Positions 60,318 through 64,000 of a DNA stretch of 64,000 nucleotides are shown here, one piece after another; position 1 is the first letter of the stretch, and each line of letters starts with the position of its first letter. Position numbers and translations under genes: made by a program. Under the pieces are notes generated by a model. The model saw only the letters and a program-made list of their open reading frames with translations, made no database searches and was not told the DNA's origin. Origin of the DNA: a virus; the IMG/VR virus record IMGVR_UViG_3300046167_000554, positions 1 to 64,000 of that record, one strand, 5' to 3'.

Positions 60318-60727
60318 TGAGTCATTTTATAGATATCATGAAGACAGTGTTGGTCACAAGAGCAACAGATTTTAACGGAAGGTCAGACAGACCCGAATTT
60401 TGGTGGTTCTCATTATACATAAGTATAATTGCAGTACTACTAGGATTAGTAGATAATTATGTAATAGGATTTACATTTTGGAGTATACTGGAACCATTTG
60501 GTGAAATGAACGAATGTGGAGTATTAGTAGCATTACTTATGGTAGCAACTTTTGTTCAAAGCATATCAGTAACAGCAAGAAGATTACACGACAGAGGTCG
60601 TAGTGGTTGGTGGCAGTTAATGTTTGTAGTACCAGTATTAAACTTTATACCATTATATTGGTGTGTAAGAGATGCAAAGGATACCTATGCAGCTAAGAAA
60701 TACAAAAACCCTTACGGAGCAAGATAA
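60317..60727 (+). CDS. DUF805 membrane protein
   Basis: FNGRSDRPEFWW, RRLHDRGRSGWW, NPYG. Confidence 0.9.
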   Translation: MSHFIDIMKTVLVTRATDFNGRSDRPEFWWFSLYISIIAVLLGLVDNYVIGFTFWSILEPFGEMNECGVLVALLMVATFVQSISVTARRLHDRGRSGWWQLMFVVPVLNFIPLYWCVRDAKDTYAAKKYKNPYGAR

Positions 60728-61038
60728 TGCAAACAGGTGACGTAGTAACAGTAGTTACAATTAGTGGAGAGTATGTTGGAAAACTAGTCTCTCAAGAAGA
60801 TAGTGCAATTACGATTGACAACCCTAGGATGATTCTATCCAACCCACAAGATGGGTCAATGGGGTTTGCAAAAGGTATAGCTGCAACGGGAGTGGAGAAT
60901 CCACCTGTTGCAACATTCCACAATGTAGTGTTCGTAGTTCCATCCAACGATAAGGTCGTTGAGGCACATGCAATATCAACAGGTGAAAAAGATGCACCTT
61001 TGATTGATGTACCAGCAGAGAAGAAGATTATTACTTAA
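60727..61038 (+). CDS. Sm-like hypothetical protein
   Basis: GDVVTV..SGEYVGK. Confidence 0.6.
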   Translation: MQTGDVVTVVTISGEYVGKLVSQEDSAITIDNPRMILSNPQDGSMGFAKGIAATGVENPPVATFHNVVFVVPSNDKVVEAHAISTGEKDAPLIDVPAEKKIIT

Positions 61039-61631
61039 TGACTTCTAGAGAAGGATACGATGCTTACACATTATACCTTGGGATAAAGTTACACTTCTAT
61101 TCCAAGGATTATGATTTCGTTAAGTACAACGGAAAGGTAAAGTCAGATATCAATTCCTTCTTAAAACGTAAAGACAAATACCACTTTGGTAAATTGTTCC
61201 GAACATATAAACAAGAACTGCAAGACTTCTACATTGCAAACCTATCCTTTAAAGATTATTGGGCAGGTGACTTATTAGACAAAGAGTGTGATAAGAGATA
61301 TAAGGAATGGAAGAAGAGGAATCAGAAACTTGGATATATGTTTGAGACAGAAGTATCAGACTTAATGAGAAAGTATAAGATAGATACTCAACTTAAAGTG
61401 GTCAATGGTCAACACCCTCGTTTACTTAAATCATATATGAGTAAACAAACAAGTTTAGAAACCATCTGCATCATGGATGAGATAATAGGTTTCACTAAGG
61501 ATTGGGAAACACTTATAACAGAGAAGGTAGTGTATCCCGACTTACACATAAAGATTAACAAATACAAGTCGTTTATAACATACGACCAAAAGAAATACAA
61601 GAATAAATTGATAGAACTATGCTCTACTTAA
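61038..61631 (+). CDS. 59: Helicase loader gp59
   Basis: YLGIKLHF..YDFVKYNGK..F.KRKDKYHF..SLET. Confidence 0.88.
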   Translation: MTSREGYDAYTLYLGIKLHFYSKDYDFVKYNGKVKSDINSFLKRKDKYHFGKLFRTYKQELQDFYIANLSFKDYWAGDLLDKECDKRYKEWKKRNQKLGYMFETEVSDLMRKYKIDTQLKVVNGQHPRLLKSYMSKQTSLETICIMDEIIGFTKDWETLITEKVVYPDLHIKINKYKSFITYDQKKYKNKLIELCST

Positions 61632-62356
61632 TAGGTAACGGCCCAAGTCGAAAAGACTTTGATTGGGATTCCTTTTTAGAGGAAGGACATGAATGGTGGG
61701 GATTCAATGGAATTTATCAACAACAGAAACCCGACTTATTGTTTGCACTTGATATACCAGTACAGAGACAAGTCATAGATGATATGTATCACTATGAGAA
61801 CAAAGTTGCAGTTGGAGACTTCGACCCGATACCTATGGAGATGTGGGACTTAATGACAAATGGGTTTGAATACAGTCACCAACCTCAGAACATATTTAAA
61901 GTTAGAAAAGACGGGGACGATTTATTTACGATACAGGGATTTGATGATGTGGTATCTTGTATTGGATATAGTAGTGTTCATAAAGATAACATAGTTATAT
62001 ATAATAATCCAAAACTTAAGAATTTATTTGGTGGAATGTCTGCATTAGGATATGCAGCCGAACATAAATATACGGATATATGTTTGATTGGGTTTGATGC
62101 ATTAGAACATGCAGACCCTACAAGTATATACAGTGGTGATTACTTAAATTACCAAGATGAGTATACAGAGGAGTCGAGAGTCTTCCATACTCAACAACAA
62201 CAGTTTCTTGCTCTGTTAAAAGAGTATGAAAACATTAATGTTTATTGGAAAAAACCCCTTGACGGGTTGGTGAAGGTAGACTATAATGTACTTAACTATG
62301 AAAATAGTGAAGAGTGGATACTTGGGGTGGGTCACCCATCTGAAGTATCTTTATAA
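61619..62356 (+). CDS. Hypothetical protein (GT29/MAF-like Rossmann motifs)
   Basis: LIGNGPSR, GFNGIY, ICLIGFD. Confidence 0.55.
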   Translation: MLYLIGNGPSRKDFDWDSFLEEGHEWWGFNGIYQQQKPDLLFALDIPVQRQVIDDMYHYENKVAVGDFDPIPMEMWDLMTNGFEYSHQPQNIFKVRKDGDDLFTIQGFDDVVSCIGYSSVHKDNIVIYNNPKLKNLFGGMSALGYAAEHKYTDICLIGFDALEHADPTSIYSGDYLNYQDEYTEESRVFHTQQQQFLALLKEYENINVYWKKPLDGLVKVDYNVLNYENSEEWILGVGHPSEVSL

Positions 62357-62392
62357 AATTGTAATAAAATGCGATATAATTGTAATAAAATA
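62352..62392 (+). promoter_or_regulatory. AT-rich repeated gp32 translational operator candidate
   Basis: aattgtaataaaat twice, immediately before the AGGAG RBS of gene 32. Confidence 0.55.
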
Positions 62393-62402
62393 GGAGAATA
62401 CA

Positions 62403-63311
62403 ATGTCAAGTAGTTTAGATAAACTAAGAGCTGCAATGGAAACAGCTTCACCAACAGAAGGTGCAAAAAAATCCTACAATGACGATACTATGTGGAAACC
62501 CGAACTCGATAAGAGTGGTAATGGTTATGCAGTAGTTCGTTTCTTGCCTACTCCCGATGGAGAAGAGATGCCTTGGGTATCATACTTCGACCATGGATTC
62601 CAAGGGCCAGGTGGATGGTATATTGAGAAGTCTTTAACGACTCTTAATAAACAAGACCCTGTTAGTGAATATAATACCCAGTTGTGGAATACAGGTATTG
62701 AAGCAAATAAAGAGATTGCACGTAAACAGAAAAGACGTTTACATTATGTGTCCAATGTCTATGTTGTTTCAGACCCTAAAAATCCCGACAACGAAGGTAA
62801 AGTATTCAAATATAGATTTGGTAAAAAAATCTTTGAAGCACTCAAGGAAGCAATCTCACCAGCATTTGAAGATGAGAAAGCAATCAATCCTTTTGACTTA
62901 AGAGATGAAGGTGCAAACTTTCAAAATCAAAATCAGAAAAGGTCGATGGTTACTGGAACTACTGATAAATCAGAGTTTCGATTCAGCCTTGCACCATTAT
63001 TTACTGATGAAAATAAACTAAACGACATATATACAAGTGTCCATAGTTTAAGTGGTATTATTGCACCAAGTGAATTCAAATCCTACGAGGAACTCAAAGA
63101 GAAACTCGATAGAGTATTAGGTTTACAAGGTTCAGTAAGTAACTCTACAGCAGAGTCAGTTGCAGAAGATATGGAAGAAGTGCCATGGTCTAATGTAAAC
63201 ACTGAAACTGTTGCAGAAGAACCTGTAATCTCATCAGCAGAAGCAACCTCACCACAAGTAGAGGAAGATGATGCGATGGATTACTTTAAGAAGTTAGCTG
63301 CAGATAGCTAG
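62403..63311 (+). CDS. 32: Single-stranded DNA-binding protein gp32
   Basis: WKPELDKSGNGYAVVRFLP, HGFQGPGGWYIE, GKVFKYRFGKKIF; compensating indels at about 62920-62990. Confidence 0.97.
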   Translation: MSSSLDKLRAAMETASPTEGAKKSYNDDTMWKPELDKSGNGYAVVRFLPTPDGEEMPWVSYFDHGFQGPGGWYIEKSLTTLNKQDPVSEYNTQLWNTGIEANKEIARKQKRRLHYVSNVYVVSDPKNPDNEGKVFKYRFGKKIFEALKEAISPAFEDEKAINPFDLRDEGANFQNQNQKRSMVTGTTDKSEFRFSLAPLFTDENKLNDIYTSVHSLSGIIAPSEFKSYEELKEKLDRVLGLQGSVSNSTAESVAEDMEEVPWSNVNTETVAEEPVISSAEATSPQVEEDDAMDYFKKLAADS

Positions 63312-63326
63312 TCTTCTTACAATGGG

Positions 63327-63511
63327 GTAGTCGTGTTTATTCAAAATGTGTCCTTGAAAATAAGACGACTACGAACTGAGGCCGTGGATTGGTTTAAATA
63401 TGTCATGTATTTAAATTGGGGGTATTCAGTAAGGGAAAGGTCAATAGCATATAGCGGATTGGTCGGTGAAGAACGGGTTGCTGTAAAGCGTGGGGTGACT
63501 TCACATTTTTT
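63327..63511 (+). ncRNA. Candidate structured RNA between gene 32 and bS21
   Basis: Several successive helices, GC-richer than flanks, ends in hairpin plus U-run. Confidence 0.45.
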
Positions 63512-63522
63512 AGGAAATAAAT

Positions 63523-63759
63523 ATGCCAAGTGTTAAACCAAGATTGAATCCGAAGAATAGAATGGAAGAACCATTCGATAGACTTCTTCGTAGATTCAAA
63601 AAAGAATGCGATAACGCAGGTATCGTACAAGAGGTTAGAGATAGAAAGTATCACGAGAAACCTAACGATACTAAGAATCAGAAGAACCAAGATTTAAAGA
63701 GAAAGAAAAAGTTAGACCTTAAGAGACGTAACAACGCAAACTACAGAAAGATAAGATAA
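63523..63759 (+). CDS. rpsU: Ribosomal protein bS21
   Basis: [30 protein letters not shown]. Confidence 0.9.
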   Translation: MPSVKPRLNPKNRMEEPFDRLLRRFKKECDNAGIVQEVRDRKYHEKPNDTKNQKNQDLKRKKKLDLKRRNNANYRKIR

Positions 63760-63956
63760 TGAGTAATTGGCATGGGGGGAAAGGTTCCAAGAGAAGGAAC
63801 TCAAACGAAGAAGCCTATGCTGATGGATGGGAACTTGCATTCGGAAAAAAGAAACCTGTAGTTAAGGTAAGAAAAGAAACACCAAGTCATGGTGCATCAC
63901 AAGTCCATTCGGACAAAACAAAATATAATAGGAAGAAGTCAGACCCAATACTATAA
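63759..63956 (+). CDS. Small basic hypothetical protein
   Basis: WHGGKGSKRR; HSDKTKYNRK. Confidence 0.65.
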   Translation: MSNWHGGKGSKRRNSNEEAYADGWELAFGKKKPVVKVRKETPSHGASQVHSDKTKYNRKKSDPIL

Positions 63957-63959
63957 ATA
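63952..63959 (+). promoter_or_regulatory. T4-type late promoter (ATG 5 nt downstream, gene runs off the window)
   Basis: Exact TATAAATA-gtagt-ATG. Confidence 0.75.
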
Positions 63960-64000
63960 GTAGTATGTCTCGACTCACCTTCAAAGAAATAGAATTACTT

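Noticed and set aside
3451-62990. Frameshifts in lysozyme, gp41, lipoprotein, nrdA, 2OG oxygenases, iscA, gp32 and others as pseudogenes or programmed frameshifts
   Set aside because: They hit essential genes, are often single extra bases in homopolymers or short duplications (agcttttttt-agct, tacggccc x2), and compensate within gp32 (expected ANFKIKIRKVDGYWNYDKSEF); best explained as read or assembly errors.
1075-63690. Minus-strand and nested ORFs in the ORF track
   Set aside because: Antisense or alternate-frame shadows of well-supported + strand genes, with no RBS or motifs; the Ser/Phe/Leu-rich composition mirrors the sense codons.
1-64000. Stop-codon reassignment
   Set aside because: TAA, TAG and TGA all end conserved genes at expected positions; gene breaks are frame changes, not in-frame stops.

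Overview
A 64-kb segment of an AT-rich T4-like (Tevenvirinae/Kyanoviridae-type) myophage, probably marine. The host is Gram-negative and apparently non-photosynthetic, possibly a gammaproteobacterium (inference from bS21, a TorF porin, spanins and a lipoprotein). Essentially all genes are on the + strand and use the standard code. Contents in order: (1) a 7-deazaguanine DNA-modification block (class-II GATase, FolE, DpdA/TGT-like; a QueC-like gene lies 30 kb away); (2) lysozyme; (3) replication genes gp43, UvsX and gp41; (4) a late block of about 13 kb whose proteins carry T4-like capsid-targeting N-termini and prohead-protease-type sites, including a ligase-like NTase, an NTase-kinase fusion, an HNH and a PAP2 phosphatase; (5) primase, NrdAB and glutaredoxin; (6) spanins, most of the eight 2OG-Fe(II) oxygenases, tRNA-Ala and a TorF porin (tRNA-Thr lies in the late block); (7) a non-coding/early-promoter region; (8) split carbamoyltransferase, IscA, RNase H, radical SAM, SleB hydrolase, gp33, gp59, gp32 and ribosomal protein bS21. 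Many essential genes carry 1-10 nt indels, which points to uncorrected read errors rather than pseudogenes. The most interesting unexplained signals are a putative virion-packaged, protease-processed enzyme kit; systematic leaderless promoter-ATG spacing; two candidate structured ncRNAs; and a 4x Pho-box-like array. Family assignments come from motif recognition only; no searches were run.
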